Shown in pieces: positions 40,071 through 55,134 of a DNA stretch of 64,000 nucleotides. The stretch lies in NCBI RefSeq assembly GCF_902652985.1, contig NC_047024.1:35588001-35652000 (forward strand), in the 5' to 3' direction. Numbering within the stretch: position 1 is the first letter of the stretch; the number at the start of each line of letters is the position of its first letter. Below the pieces are notes generated by a model, which saw only the letters and a list, made by a program, of their open reading frames with translations, had not been told where the DNA came from and did no database searches. The position numbers and the translations under genes are program-made. This stretch comes from Pecten maximus. Taxonomy: Eukaryota.

Positions 40071-42409
40071 ATGCAATGTATGTATGTATGCATGGATACC
40101 CTTAAAAAGTATTTGGATAATAAGACCAGGTGTTCCGTAAAAGCAAGCGTCTTCTTCTGCTTCGTCAACAACACCCACCTAATAAATCTAGGTCAAATCC
40201 AGGTAAAATCGCATGCCCAGAATGATAACTACGGCGGTGCCAAGCACTAGACGCTCTCTGACTTATCATATCGCACAAGGAAATGATAAGATAATGATGA
40301 TGACGTCATGATTCTCTTCGTCTCTGTCTTACGAAATTAATTTATCCTGTCATTATATTGGTTTAAGGTTCGAATAACGGCTTTGTTTACAAGTTGGAAA
40401 TGCTGTGTTCCTGTAGAAGAATTCATTCTGCTTCATCAACAAATACCGCATATATATATACCATTGTAATTCGATACACTACGGTGAAGACGCTGTAATG
40501 GAAACGTCAGAGCCCTTTTATTGACCGCGGTAAGTAAATGTCAGTTCTCATGTCAATATTCTCCTCCTGATATATTGGAAGTCTCTGTAAGAAGCTTTAA
40601 AGATATCGACCAGATTAATCTTCGAGAAATATAGATAACGTACTTTTAACAAATGAATAATTGTTAATATAATCGAAGTCATCGTGCCTATCTGACTTTG
40701 ATCAGCCTGGTGTATATTGGTTAAATATTTTGACAAGCAGTTAAAAAAACGTGTCTTTTATTTCACATTCAGGCATCGCTTCTGTCAGTAATTTTCTGGA
40801 TATCTAAAAACAACATGTCATCGATATATCTTAATATAAAATTGGAGGTAAAAACAAAGATTCGCCTGTCAAAGATTGTCCTAAAGGAACTATATCATTT
40901 TTAAAAGCATTTCATCCTGAGTGCTTTTCATTTTCTCCTTTGTCGTAGCTTTTCATTATGTAACTGAATCGATTCAGGCTCACAAACACAAAACAACACA
41001 AAAACAAAAACAAAAAACAAAAAAAGAAGGATATTATACGGATGTGATTTAGGTCATAGACTGTATATAATATTTCAAGCGGAAGAAATGTGGCAGTATA
41101 TCTGATATATCTAATACAAAGGGAGCATGATCCTATCCACACATACACTGCTTTAAAGCATGTATTCTCATCAATATAAACGTAGTGTCAAGTAATTGAG
41201 TTTGAATGTGGAACGTGCCAAGAAGTAAAACGCCATACTGACAACAGAAAACGATTTAAACAACTATAGCATTTCAACCATACATCAGTGTCTAAGAATG
41301 CACAGAAAAGTTCATTTTAAAATTGCATCAAATGTCGACAGACGCACAGAGGAATGACTTTGAACACTACATCAATGTCATCAGACAAAAACAATCTCTG
41401 CATTCCTTTCAAACAGTAATGTCTAATGACTCCAGTAAAGCACCTCAGAGTAAACAGGGCTATAACTCGATCTCGTGGGCGATGAGAAAAACTCGGGCAA
41501 AATATGAACAAATTGATTGTTGTCATGCCGGCAGATAGTTGGAAAAAAGAATAAAAAGATGTTTCAGTACTGTAAAAATAAAATGGAAGTGTGATTTATT
41601 GCTTAGTACACAAGGCACAAGCCGTATACTGATCATAATATTAGCATAGCCTTGAAACGCATTTACAGTCTGGTGCTAATTGAACAACTAAACTGCATTG
41701 CAATCGTAGCGATTTTCTTTTCTCCCCCAACCCATCTGTTAATAATGGTATATTACTTCTTTTAACACAGTTCACTTTCAATTATTCCACGTATCATGAT
41801 TTCCTCTCCGGATATATTATGTTGACCATTTGACCGATGTCGTACATGCGACCTGTTAATGTTAAAGCGAAGACCTGAAGGTCGTCATTGCGTTGACCAT
41901 TAAACAAGCATTATCCTAACTGCATGAGTAAACATCATGGTAGACACCTTTTTAATAATTAAACCATGTGCATGGATTTTGCTATACTGCAACCAGTGAA
42001 TGATTTGGGAGTGATGTTTTGATGACATTAACACCTTCAACATAGAAATGACCACTGTACCATTTGAGCGAAGTGTATCGATAAAATTGCCACCTTCATC
42101 AGAGAAATGACAAGTGTATGATTCGAGCGTGAAACAGAACTGGCAATAAAAAGGATATTAACAGAAGGATTCCGAGGCGCGTGTCACTTGTTCACGTTTG
42201 TGTATGTTAAAATAAAGAGGTTCATTCTACTTCGCTGATTGTTTTTCAAATATCCATATTGACAGTATTTATGGACTAATGCAGTATCATAAACTGTGAT
42301 TATGTCAGTGTATGCTTTAGGCACTAGTTTTGAAACATATAGTAATATACAATCATCATTAAGAATGGAAAAACCGAATTCATTAAAGCGTAAGCGTTTG
42401 ATCCTTATC

Positions 42410-42835
42410 ATATGTTCAAAATTGTGCAAACGCAATTTTTTCGAAGTCGCTAAAACTCATGAAATTAATATGAAAACCATCTGTAACCATCCCGGAATGC
42501 ACACTTTTAAAATATCTTAATTGTCTTCCTATTTTTCAAAATATTACGGCAAAGTGTTGTGGTATCTATTTTGCATGTTATCCAAAATGACAGCTGAGAT
42601 GTCAATGCTTTGTACTGAAGGTCAAAACTAGCTGCCAATAGTGTTACAGGTATACCTTTCACTATACATACACAGGCATGGTCACAGCAGCTGCTATTTT
42701 GGATAATATACCATCAGACGTTACTTGAATATATTGCTAGTAGTTTGCTTTCGTAGACGGTTACAGATGTTGCTTATGTTTTTAGGAATGTTAGTGATTT
42801 TGAAAAAAAAAATGTGTTTGTGCAGTTTTGGACTT
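42410..42835. mobile_element. Old MITE with long degenerate inverted arms
   Basis: caaaattgtgcaaacgca..catctgtaaccatc versus gacggttacagatg..tgtgtttgtgcagttttg. Confidence 0.5.
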
Positions 42836-44744
42836 GACAAAATAATTAGCAGAAGTTTTTTTTTTAATTCATCCTAAATGAAATCTTTAAAAACAGCTTA
42901 TTTGTAAAATACAATCGAAACCATGTGGTGATGCACCGTTTCATTATATATTTCTCCCTATAACACATGTTACAATAGCACAGAGGGATAATTAATATGT
43001 CTGTTACTGTCTGCCGGATTAATCATCAGTCATCAATCATTTATCTCCCAGAGATAGAAACCTTACACCTTTGTTGTCTCTCTACATGATCCTACTGTTT
43101 ATCAATTCAACGAGGCACATTCCCTTAATCACATAGTGATTTTGAAATTTTACCCGAAATCATGAAATATCGTCGAGTATCACCATCCGTATTGTACATA
43201 TCAGATCATTGATGATTGTATGTGATATTGGACAGCGTATATAAAATAATGTGATCGATATCAAGGTACTTCATCAACTATTTTAATGAGTGTCTTTGTC
43301 TTTTATATGAACTTGAAATTGTTCGGGCTGCTAGTCGGTAAACATATGATATGATATGAATGTGTTCGAACAATCCCGGGATTGGTGTTTTGAAAAAATC
43401 AGGGTCCATGGGTAAGACATTAAGGCAAAGCTGTAACAATTGGTAAGACATTTATACGAAGCAGTGTCAATAAGTAAGACATTTAGACAGGACATGGCCA
43501 ATGGGCAAGACATGAAGACAAAACAAAGTCAACGAGTAAGATATTTGACTTCAATTGCTATGATGTTGCCCAGTTCGGTGACCACCAGCGAGACACAAAC
43601 ATTTGGTTTCAGCAAGTAAATGATGCATAGATCTACAGGTAAAGGTTGTAGTTGCCCTGCAAACGATATTCTTATTCATCACATGTTTAGAAGTTATGCA
43701 TCAATACACACAGCGGTATAAAAGTATAAAATTGATTAAACGCCCCCCAACAACCTAAGACTACAAACATCTTGTATTCAGTATTAAACAAGGAAAAACA
43801 ATAAAAACCGAGGTTATTAAGGTCGGCATTTTTTAAATTTTGTTTCCCCCTTAAATAGGCTAAATTGACTAAATGTTTCACGTGGATAAGGAATCTGAGA
43901 TAAACATGACAAATTGAATCAAGAAACAAACACTTACAGGCAGATAGTTGACTAATCTCATATAAGGGAATGAATAAAGGAGCTTCAGAAGGATTAACAT
44001 AAAGAACCACTCTCTAACAATATAGAGAACGTCAGCATTTTTGTGACTTCCGTTATCGCTTCAAGGCCAAATATTAATTGGCCATAATACAAATTAAATG
44101 TAATTTAGAAAGAAAATAACCCATATAACCTCATCAGCTCGAAGTATTATGTATGCAGACGATGTCACACTGGATAAGCCTCGGGACAAATGCGATATTG
44201 ACGAAGACAGTATACAGACGAATAATCACCAGGTATTAAGAGACAACGTCAAGAATACCAACATTTCAATGTCAGCCGCTCCGTTTTCTGTTTGTCTTTG
44301 AATATTGCTGCCGATGCCCAGCCTGTGTCATAATGTTGTTTATTAAAGTATCGTTTGTTCCAAATTGTTTGTTTTGAAGTTTTGCTTTCCAAGGTCCTTA
44401 CTTTTATATCCCGGCGTTATCTATCAATATTTTAATTGTTTTTCCGAACGCTGTTCCTCGATGTCCAGTCTACTTAGTCAGAGTGCTGTTCATCCATAAT
44501 TGTTGTCTCGAAATATTTCTCTTCAATACGCTATCTACTAAGTCGGGACGTTTTGTATCTATATTTTAGCTGATGTCTCGAAATATTGTTACTTCTGTTG
44601 AGCTAAAATATTTCCCTGCTTTGTGAGTGCAGGCTTAAGTTCATGATGTTAATATCAGACGATGCAAATGTCTGTTATAATGAAACCTACATATACTTCC
44701 ATTGCCACCAAACAGGTTATTCTTTCAAATAACGATATTACTCG

Positions 44745-45165
44745 GATTTACCTAGATTAATATGATATTTTTCTCGATAGATCTAGACTTATATAGAGAT
44801 TTTCCTCGATTAATCTAGATTGATATAGAGATTTTCCTCGAATGACCTAGATTTATATAGATATTTTCCTCGATTGATCTAGATTTATATGGAGATTTTC
44901 CACCGTTGACCTATATTTATATAACATTTTCTTCGATTGGCCTCGATTTAAATAGATATTTTCCGTTATTGACCTAGACTGATATGGAGATTTTCCTCGA
45001 ATGACCTAGATTTATATAGAGATTTTCCTCGATTGATCTAGATTTATATGGAGATTTTCCACCGTTGACCTATATTTATATAACATTTTCCTCGATTGGC
45101 CTCGATTTAAATAGATATTTTCCGTGATTGATCCAGACTTATATGGAGATTTTCCTCGATTGTAT
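44745..45165. repeat. ~32-bp minisatellite with a ~159-bp higher-order duplication
   Basis: ctagatttatatagagattttcctcgattgat units; the block at 44841 repeats at 45000. Confidence 0.9.
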
Positions 45166-46851
45166 ATGAGGCAATCAGAATTTGATATTAACATTATGAC
45201 CGGTGAAGGATCTGATTTATAGAGGTAGAATATAAGTTAAAAGGGAACTGCTGGAAACCATCGGTTATGCCGAAAAATAGACATTATTTCTTAATAGACA
45301 AGGCCCGACTTAAACAAGTTAAGAAAGACAAGAGGGATTAAAGATCATGTGTGGTCATCAGCAAGTGAAACGACATATACTTATAGTGATACAATTTATT
45401 TTGATATTATAGAAATAATAGTAATGGATAAAATATTACTTATTATAACAGTAAACAAGAGTCTCCGAATGATACATCTTGCTTGTAACATAACCCGCAT
45501 CTCATCATATTCCCAAAGGGTGTGTTCTATTGTTTCAATATCAGTTTGCACGAGTAACAATACGCACTTTCTTCAGAAAGCGTATTGCTACTTTCTGCTA
45601 TTCTTGCCTCAAATAAAAAAAAACTGTTGTCAAAATGTGTTGATTGATTTTGTATTGAAGCCACTGCAATTTCAAATGTTGGGTTAACCGAAGAATAATT
45701 TTGTATAGTTTTCTCAGCGTTCCATTATCGAAATTAAAGATAGTATCATTATTTTCTGCCAGCGGTTATTGTGTTTTATTATAATAATAAAAGTCTCCTT
45801 CCCTTTTATTACTTCTAAAACGTATTTCTATAAAAATTTGTATGAATGGGGAGATATGAGATATATGATTCTTATATCTGAATATATCATTGAATAGCTG
45901 AAATAGGCGTTTGATAATCAAGAAAGTTTATATGAATATCAAAGACTTGTTTTTTAATTCTTCAAAAGAGTAAAACGAATAAGTGTTCTTATCTATCAAG
46001 TCACTAATTACAATAATTTCTTTAATGTATCCATCCCGATTAAAAAAACTTTTAATATCTGTTTTAATTACTTTATTATACCAAATTTGTGTTTTAGTCA
46101 GCATATTTGGGGGCTGAAATAAATATTATTTATTTGATAGGTTTATCCGTGCTTAAAGACATCTTCCCTTAATGGATTTTCTTTACAGGTATTGTGACAA
46201 ATTGAGATAAATTCAGTCCCACAGTCATTATATGATCATCAACAAAGTACTAAGAATGCATTGCCATTTACTTGGACTTCTATAAAGTCTCCTTATCAAT
46301 GTTAACTTCAAAGATTCAATGAAAGACTTAACATAAGAAACATTACATTGCGGTGTTTACTTGTTTCTTATAGAAAACTAAAATAGATAAAGTCAACATT
46401 TCTTTTCTTTTCCTTTGAATCCATCCCGGATATAAAGTAATGTATGTCTTAACGTAGAGGCAGTTATGTTTAAACTTGATATCGGTCGTCCTCACAAAGT
46501 CGCTGCCCTGCCACCACCTGAGACCAGTTAATTTGGCTGTACCCAAAGGTTAAATCGTGTCAACAGCCTTTTGACTGATATGTGTCCTGAATTTCAGACA
46601 CAATTTAGGAAGTCCTATGTTCAATGCTTAGGAAATCCAATAAAACCAAAATTAGCTTCTCATCAATTTTGACCATATGAGCCCATTGTGTCCGAACAGA
46701 ACTGCGGAAATACCACATTAAAGAAAAATTAGAATATAAGATGTCAGGCAAGTTTTCGACTCCACTTCCGCATAAGGCTAATTGAGGTAATGACAAGTTA
46801 CTACCAAAATATTTCAGTTTCTTTCAGCATTGTAAGGCTTGATTATACCTA

Positions 46852-47276
46852 TTTATTACATTTTTACCAGTGAAATATCAAAAATTATTCATTCTATAAA
46901 AGTGATATTTTCACTAGTGAAAAATATCACTTTTGCTGATTTGACCAATCAAATTAATGATTAGAAAATACCAAAATAATTGACCAATCAGAAAGCCCGA
47001 CATATATGTCAGCACCTGGACAGGGGAAACTACTTTTTTTGTTTACAAATTATCGCTGTAGGCCTAGTTAGCATACGGGGTAGGTTTTTCGTTGATAAAA
47101 AATGTAATAAACAGAATATCTAACAGTGTCTTCAGTAATACCAAATATATTTCACTCGTGTGGCTAATATTTTGATATTTTTCACTCGTGTTGCGCACTC
47201 GTGAAAAATATCAAAATATTAGCCCCACTCGTGAAATATATTTGGTATTACTGAAGACACTGTTAGATATCCTCTA
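46852..47276. mobile_element. Non-autonomous terminal-hairpin element E4
   Basis: tttattacattttt (46852) / aaaaatgtaataaa (47098-47111), then a near-perfect ~165-bp palindrome (47112-47276). The terminus TAGAGGATAT is shared with E3. Confidence 0.85.
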
Positions 47277-47494
47277 TATATTGTCACTACAGCATGATAT
47301 ATGACTGTTTTTAAACGTCTTTAAGGACTACAAAATACATGGCTTCTTTAGAAACTTCGCCACTTTAACACAACATGATCATATTGTGTTGGCCAGTACT
47401 GTCTGTTGATATGTATGTATCTATTCGGTATCATAATGGTTCTTACATCATATTAGCCCGTGTTTCTTTCCTGTATGTTACAGATATGTAACTC

Positions 47495-47890
47495 TGCTGC
47501 CGGACTATAAGTCCCCGAGGATTGCCATTACCCTACCGGTAGCTTTTAAGTAGCCGAGGTTTACCGTTACCCTGCAGGTGGACTTGAAGTCCTGGAGATT
47601 TCTCTGGTGGACTTTAAGTCCTGGAGGTTTGTCTTAACCCTACCGGTAGCTTTTAAGTAGCCGAGGTTTATCGTTACCCTGCTGGTGGACTTTAAGTCCT
47701 GGAGGTGTGTCTTTTCCCTGCTGGTAGATTTTAAGTCGCCAAGATTTACCGTTACCCTGCTGGTGAAATTTAAGTCCTGGGGGTTAGTCGTTACCCTGGT
47801 GGTAGATTTTAAGTCTTGGATGTTTGCCTTTACCCTGCTAGTAGACTTTAAGTCTCCGAGGTTTACCTTTACGCTGCTGGTGGATTTCAA
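47495..47890. repeat. 39-bp minisatellite
   Basis: ttaccctgctggt(g/a)ga(c/t)tttaagtc.. units, about 10 copies. Confidence 0.85.
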
Positions 47891-47933
47891 CAATAGGCAC
47901 TATAATCTCAGTCTATGAGATGATTGTAACAGC

Positions 47934-50724
47934 AGCCTGAAGTTGGTTCCGAGTTCCGAGTTCCGTTTAAGAAAAACGGAACTCGGAACCAGTTCCTAGT
48001 TCCGTTTAAGATAAACGGAACTCAGAACCAGTTCCGAGTTTCGTTTAAGAAAAACGGAACTGCAATGTATTAGCTTTACGAGTTTTGGTCCCAGTTACGA
48101 GTTCCGTTTAAGAAAAACTGAAATATGATGTATTAGCTTTATTGGTTTTGGTCCCAGTTCCGAGTTCCGTTTAAGAAAAACTGAAATACTATGTATTAGC
48201 TTTATTGGTTTTGGTCCCAGTTCCGAGTTCCGTTTAAGATAAACGGAACTGCAATGTATTAGCTTTACGAGTTTTGGTCCCAGTTCCGAGTTCCGTTTAA
48301 GAAAAACTGAAATACTATGTATTAGCCAGTTCCGAGTTCCGTTTAAGAAAATATTCTATGTACTTTATCTCAATATGAGACCCGAATCTGAAGAAGAAAA
48401 ACTACATGTGTCAAATGGGTGCAAAGTCATTTATCATTCACGTATGAATTTTAAGGGACTTGGTCCTAGTTTTCAGTTCCGTTGAAGAAAAACGAAACTA
48501 GGAACCAGTTCCGAGTTCCGTTTAAGTAAAACGGAACTAGGAACCAGTTCCGAGTTCTGTTTAAGCTAAACGGAACTTGAAATCAGTTCCGAGTTCCGTT
48601 TAAGAAAATATTCTATGTCCTTTATCTCAATATGAGACCAGAATCTGAAGAAGAAAAACTACATGTGTCAAATGGATGCAAAGTCATTTATCATTCACGT
48701 ATGAATTTTAAGGGACTTGGTCCTAGTTTTCAGTTCCGTTGAAGAAAAACGAAACTAGGAACCAGTTCCGAGTTCCGTTTAAGTAAAACAGAACTAGGAA
48801 CCAGTTCCGAGTTCCGAGTTCCGTTTAAGCTAAACGGAACTAGGAACCAGTTCCGAGTTCCGTTTAAGAAAATATTCTATGTACTTTATCTCAATATGAG
48901 ACCAGAATCTGAAGAAGAAAAACTACATGTGTCAAATGGATGCAAAGTCATTTATCATTCACGTATGAATTTTAAGGGACTTGGTCCTAGTTTTCAGTTC
49001 CGTTGAAGAAAAACGAAACTAGGAACCAGTTCCGAGTTCCGTTTAAGTAAAACGGAACTGGGAACCAGTTCCGAGTTCCGTTTAAGGATAACAACACGAC
49101 TGGTGTTGTAAAATTACGAGAAATTGTTGTGTTGTAACCTCCAAGAGAGAATGTTACAACGCAGTTTTCGTTCATGGTACATTTCTTTTTTTTACCCTTT
49201 CGTAAATTACAAGTAGATTGTTAAAGCAGCTTTCTAGATATCGCGAAATGTGGGTCCATGGAGGGAGATATGAGTTTTTATTTGTAGTTAATGTATCTAT
49301 ATGTGTGAAGTTAAAGTACACAAACAAAGCAATAACTGCAAAGTATATTTCATACACCATTTTGTTTTTCAATATGGCTTCTACTGTTGAGGTGAAATGT
49401 CTATATGACGACTGGGAAAAAATCTTTAATTGGTATTACTGAAGATTTATTCAACACAAATAAAAAAATACAATTTCATTGAATAATATTGAACAGTTCT
49501 TTCATGGGCACCTGGAAACATAGAAATACGCGTGGTAGCAAGAAACTTCTAAGGAGCTGTTGCCAAAGGCCTTCCTTGTTATTCGCTGTCAATGATTAGA
49601 CTAATTAATTAGATTAAATCTACAATTTGTGATATCACTAATTCGAATATATGGTATCATTAAATGATTTAACGATATCATGAATTCTGATTTATGATAT
49701 CATTTAATGAATAAATTACATCAACAATTCGTATTGATATCACTTTATTCCTTGAATTAATTATATCAATAATAGAATTATTCATATAAATAAATCGAAT
49801 AAATGATAACCATTAATTATGTCGCCCCCGTAAGTTTCGGAGAGACATATTGCTTTGTTCCCGCGAGGAGGGGATGCTTGGGATTGCATTTGAGTTTTGT
49901 AAGTCAGAGCTCACATGATCTGCTACTGAAAATATTAAATTTATTCATACGTTTGTTTCCGTGCGATAACTTGTATTCTTGTTAACAAATCGTCTCTATT
50001 TAAAAAAAAAAAAAATTGTATTTATTTTGTTTTTCAAGATTTTCAGCATAGTCAAATACAAAAATATAACCCTATATACGCTTATCTTAAACGGAACTCG
50101 GAACTGGGACCAAAACCCGTAAAGCTTATACATAGTTGTTCCGTTTTTCTTAAACGGAACTCGGAACTGGGACCAAAACCAATAAAGCTAATACATAGTA
50201 TTTTAGTTTTTCTTTAACGGAACTCGGAATTGGGACCAAAACCCGTAAATCTTCTACATACTTACATTACCTTAAACGGATCTCGGAACTGGGACCAAAC
50301 CAATAAAGCTAATACATAGTATTTCAGTTTTTCTTAAACGGAACTCGGAACTGGGACCAAAACCAATAAAGCTAATTCATAGTATTTCAGTTTTTCTTAA
50401 ACGGAACTCGGAACTGGGACCTTAATCAATAAAGCTAATACATAGTATTTCAGTTTTTCTTAAACGGAACTAGGAACTGGGACCTTAATCAATAAAGCTA
50501 ATACATAGTATTTCAGTTTTTCTTAAACGGAACTCACAACTGGGACCTTAATCAATAAAGCTAATACATAGTATTTCAGTTTTTCTTAAACGGAACTCGG
50601 AACTGGTTCCCAGTTCCGTTTTTCTTAAACGGAAGTCGGAACTGGGACCTTAATCAATAAAGCTAATACATAGTATTTCAGTTTTTCTTAAACGGAACTC
50701 GGAACTCGGAACCAACTTCAGGCT
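47934..50724. mobile_element. 2.8-kb foldback-like element with modular inverted arms
   Basis: Terminal inverted repeats agcctgaagttggttccgagttccgagttccgtttaagaaaaa / tttttcttaaacggaactcggaactcggaaccaacttcaggct; arms are built of tandem subrepeats; a ~260-bp block is triplicated at 48330-49085. Confidence 0.88.
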
Positions 50725-50880
50725 CCCTTCAGCAGTATGGTACATTGTGTAGTTTTATATTCCTTATTCTGTGTATAGTACATACTTAAGTAAATCAATG
50801 CTTAAGAAGGTTTTCACCTGTGTAGAAATTTACTTGTGTGATATGACATTTTTAATTATCAGAATCTCACAACTAGGATT

Positions 50881-51735
50881 ACAAGAGGCCCATGGGCCTT
50901 AAATAGTCATCTGAGATTTGTAATATTGAAGTTAATTTATTTGACCCTTTTTGGCCCTACCGATCAGCCAAGGGGATCAATCAGAGCCAACATGTGCATA
51001 CCATAAAGCTGTCATCCCATGCTGATAATGCTAACAAAGTGAGAATGAATTCCAATAGAAATCAAACAAATGATAGTATTAAAAAATGTGATTTCCTTAT
51101 ATAAACTATAGTAAAGTTTGCCTCCTCCCATGAGGCAAACGTGATACCTCAGAGTCATGAAATTCACAATCTTAGTAAGAGACCTTAAGACTCTTCCACA
51201 TATGAAGTGTATTTGATTCTACCTTATTTAGGTTTTTAGAAGACGTTTCTTGAAATTTAAGTTAATTTGACCCTTTTTGGCCCCGCCCATAAGCCCCTGT
51301 GGAGTCCTTTAGTGCCTAGCTTACAAAGGGCATCACATACTAGTAATTTTAATCAAGTTTGTATTATTTCTATTAGCAATTAAAACAAATAATGCTAAAA
51401 AAGTTATTTCCCTATATAAACTATAGTAAACTTTTACCCCTCCCCAGGGGGAAACATGATACCCAAGGGTCAGAAATTCACAAAAAAGACCTTAAGACTT
51501 TTCTATCTGTAAAGAGTGTTTGGTTCTACCATGTCTGGGAAATGAGAAGAAGATTTTTGATTTTTTTTGTCAATTTGACTCTTTTTGGCCCCTCCCCTCA
51601 GACCCCTGGGGGGTCGGAAACTTACAATTCCCAATTTTGGTTGACCTTAGGCTTCCTGCCAAATTTCATTGAATTTGGTTCAGCGTTTTGGAGAAGAAGT
51701 CGAAAAAATTAATCGTTGACGACGCACGACAAGAA
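50881..51735 (+). mobile_element. HINE/Helentron-like non-autonomous element with internal repeats
   Basis: Head acaagaggcccatgggcc; internal repeats (tttgaccctttttggccc x3, tatataaactatagtaaa x2); tail gacgacgcacgac. Confidence 0.65.
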
Positions 51736-52334
51736 GCTGAAGAAAACTATGTATCTTTAACCTTCTTTTAACGAACAAAAGAATATATATATAGATACGG
51801 CGTGTTAGTTTAATGTTAATTAAGATGACCATTGATATGACACCAAACCGGAATCGGAAACGTAATATCAATATTTCCTCTTACACTGATCATACATTCT
51901 GTGCAATCCTTACAACCCTAAAGGCCATTTTGTCTGGAGTATTGACATTCTCTTCCTTCATTGCCATCGAAACATCGTCAAACGGAACTATATTCGACGT
52001 GGGCTATTTTAACGGTGAAAGATAAGCGATACCTTATCTCTTTATTAAAACAAGCTAATGGAGTATCGCTCGCTATTCAGAACTTGCTATAAAAGGTGTA
52101 ATTATAAAATCGGTCTGAGCTAACCGCAAAGACGACGGTTTTGTCGTGATATCAGGCAGACAATACATGATTAGATGGAGGACCGATATAAGGATAAATT
52201 TTGAATGTCACACGTACCATAAAGAGAAAAATTAGGCATAAATACTTTTTTCTGGGTCATTTTTTGTTAGTTCTAGTCATCGGCTATGACAATTGCATAA
52301 CCAATATGCATCACAATATTATGAAGCTTAGAAA

Positions 52335-53528
52335 AAGACTGTAGCCTGAATAAAAACGTTAAACCGGTACTCAACTCAACTTACCCTCACAGAGTAAATA
52401 GCTGTGAGCAAAGACTGTAACCTTAATCAACTCGTTAAACCGGTACTCAACTCAACTTACCCTCACAGAGTAAATAACTGTGACTGGAGGCTGTAACCCA
52501 AATCAAAACGTTAAACCGGTACTCAACTCAACTTACCCTCACAGAGTAAAAAGCTGTGACTAGAGGCTGTAACCAAAATCAAAACGTTAAACCGGTACTC
52601 AACTCAACTTACCCTCACAGAGTAAAAAGCTGTGACTAGAGGCTGTAACCAAAATCAAAACGTTAAACCGGTACTCAACTCAACTTACCCTCACAGAGTA
52701 AAAAGCTGTGACTAGAGGCTGTAACCAAAATCAAAACGTTAAACCGGTACTCAACTCAACTTACCCTCACAGAGTAAATAACTGTGACTGGAGGCTGTAA
52801 CCCAAATCACTCAACTCAACTTACCCTCACAGAGTAAAAAGCTGTGACTAGAGGCTGTAACCAAAATCAAAACGTTAAACCGGTACTCAACTCAACTTAC
52901 CCTCACAGAGTAAATAGCTGTGACTAGAGGCTGTAACCAAAATCAACTCGTTAAACCGGTACTCAACTCAACTTACCCTCACAGAATAAATAGCTGTGAC
53001 TAGAGGCTGTAACCAAAATCAAAACGTTAAACCGGTACTCAACTCAACTTACCCACACAGAATAAATAGCTGTGACTAGAGGCTGTAACCCAAATCAAAA
53101 CGTTAAACCGGTACTCAACTCAACTTACCCTCACAGAATAAATAGCTGTGACTGGAGGCTGTAACCCAAATCAAAACGTTAAACCGGTACTCAACTCAAC
53201 TTACCCTCACAGAATAAATAGCTGTGACTAGAGGCTGTAACCCAAATCAAAACGTTAAACCGGTACTCAACTCAACTTACCCTCACAGAATAAATAGCTG
53301 TGACTAGAGGCTGTAACCAAAATCAAAACGTTAAACCGGTACTCAACTCAGCTAACCCTCTCAGAGTAAATAGCTAAGAGCAAAGACTGTAACTTTAATC
53401 AACTCGTTAAACCCTTACTCAACTCAGCTAATCCTCACAGCGTAAATAGCTGAGAGCAAAGGCTGTAACCTAAAACAAAACGTTAAACCCTTACTAACTC
53501 AGCTAACCCTCACATGATATTGTGTAAC
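52335..53528. repeat. 76-bp satellite
   Basis: ctcaactcaacttaccctcacagagtaaatagctgtgactagaggctgtaaccaaaatcaaaacgttaaaccggta, about 15 copies. Confidence 0.97.
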
Positions 53529-54842
53529 AAATCTGGATGGGGGACGCAAAGGATCCAAAAACGTGAGAAGATTGTTAGATAAACCTCGGAGACAAAAAAA
53601 ATCCACTAGAAGTGTGTTCCACCTGCAATCACAAAGGATTGTAAAAAAGACACACAAGATATAAACACCTTTCAATACAAAGTTAAACACAGTCGAGCAA
53701 AAATGAATTAAACTATATCATACAGCTGTTTCGTTCTTTATGGACGTAAACATAGAGAATGGAAAATCGAAAGTGTTCGAATCAAAAGGTATAGGTGACT
53801 AACTTGGAATCACAATTATACCAAAATGTACCATATATAGATAAAAGATGTGAATCAATGAATTTGAAACTAACCAATTATATGATTTTAAACACAAAGT
53901 AAACACACATGAGAGGTAAGGCCTTAATTTTGTCCTATTCAATCATATGTAAAAGAATGGGATATTTAATCTGATGGTTCGGTTTTGTTTTTTGAATATA
54001 TCTATGCATTTGATATACGGGACAATTTCATTCAACGAATTAGCCTGGTGTTCTTTCAGGGCACTTATATTAATAATTGTTTTATCGTCGCGTGCTTAAG
54101 AATAACCACTCAGCATTGACCATCCGGAAACGATGGTCATTCTATCTCATGTTTTCCATACCATCGTGTGACTGAAAACAATGATGATATTAGCAAGTAA
54201 TTGTGGTTCATGGCGCATTAAGTGATCATGTGACATGCACACGCACGAGACAAGAGTCCAGTATCAAACACTCATCAATCTGTCCAATTTATTGTGACGT
54301 ATATGTCAAAATTAAGGTTTGCAAAACAATTTTTGAAACATTGTTGGTCGTTAATTAGTAATTATAATGATGTTGGTCATTATTGGTCAATTGTTGGTTA
54401 TTATCAGAAAATTATATGAACGTGTGTATTTTAGCTTACATAAAATGTTGAGAATATACTATTTACAGACTTATCAACGTCGGTATGACTTTGGAGTGAC
54501 GTCAGCGATTTTACTAATTTAATATAGATAATTATATAGCTCGCTTATATAAATGTCGCAATACTGTAAGGAGTGGTATATCGAAGTGCATGCTCAACGT
54601 ACGAGGCGAGTGGGATCAGTTCCGAATAGTTTACCTTCTGCTTAAGAGAAATGAAGGAGAACTAAATACGTGGGCTGTTCCTTGCTCCCTCCTTTACAAA
54701 CTGAATGATAGTATCTTACATGGGTCGGTTTCGTAAATAGGGACATCTCAATTCAAGTGTAAGAGTTAGACTAGCAAGCACCAAGCCTGCGAAGTGCTAG
54801 CCAGCCAAATTCGTACACGAGGGTTAAGATATCCCTGTCCAC

Positions 54843-55134
54843 TATGGCGCGGGAAGGATGTCATGATTAAATATTTTTGCCTAGGCAAAATTATTTTTGC
54901 CTAGGCAGAAATCGAATTTTGCCTAGGCAAAAATAAAATATTGCCTAGGCAAAATTATTTCTGCCTAAGCAAAAATAATTTTGCCTATGCAAAATTCTAT
55001 TTCTGCCTAGGCAAAATTATATTTCTGCCTAGGCAAAATTCGATTTTTGCCTCGGCAGAAATAATTTTGCCTAGGCATAAATCGAATATTGCCTAGGCAA
55101 AAATATTTAATTATGACATCCTTCCCGCGCCATA
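54843..55134. mobile_element. Intact 292-bp MITE with 6-bp TSD and TAY..RTA ends (IS3EU-like)
   Basis: TSD gtccac at 54837-54842 and 55135-55140; TIRs tatggcgcgggaaggatgtcat / atgacatccttcccgcgccata; interior of tgcctaggca palindromes. Confidence 0.92.

Noticed and set aside
47567-47893. 108-aa LKSTSRV-repeat ORF
   Set aside because: Translation of a 39-bp minisatellite with no supporting gene context.
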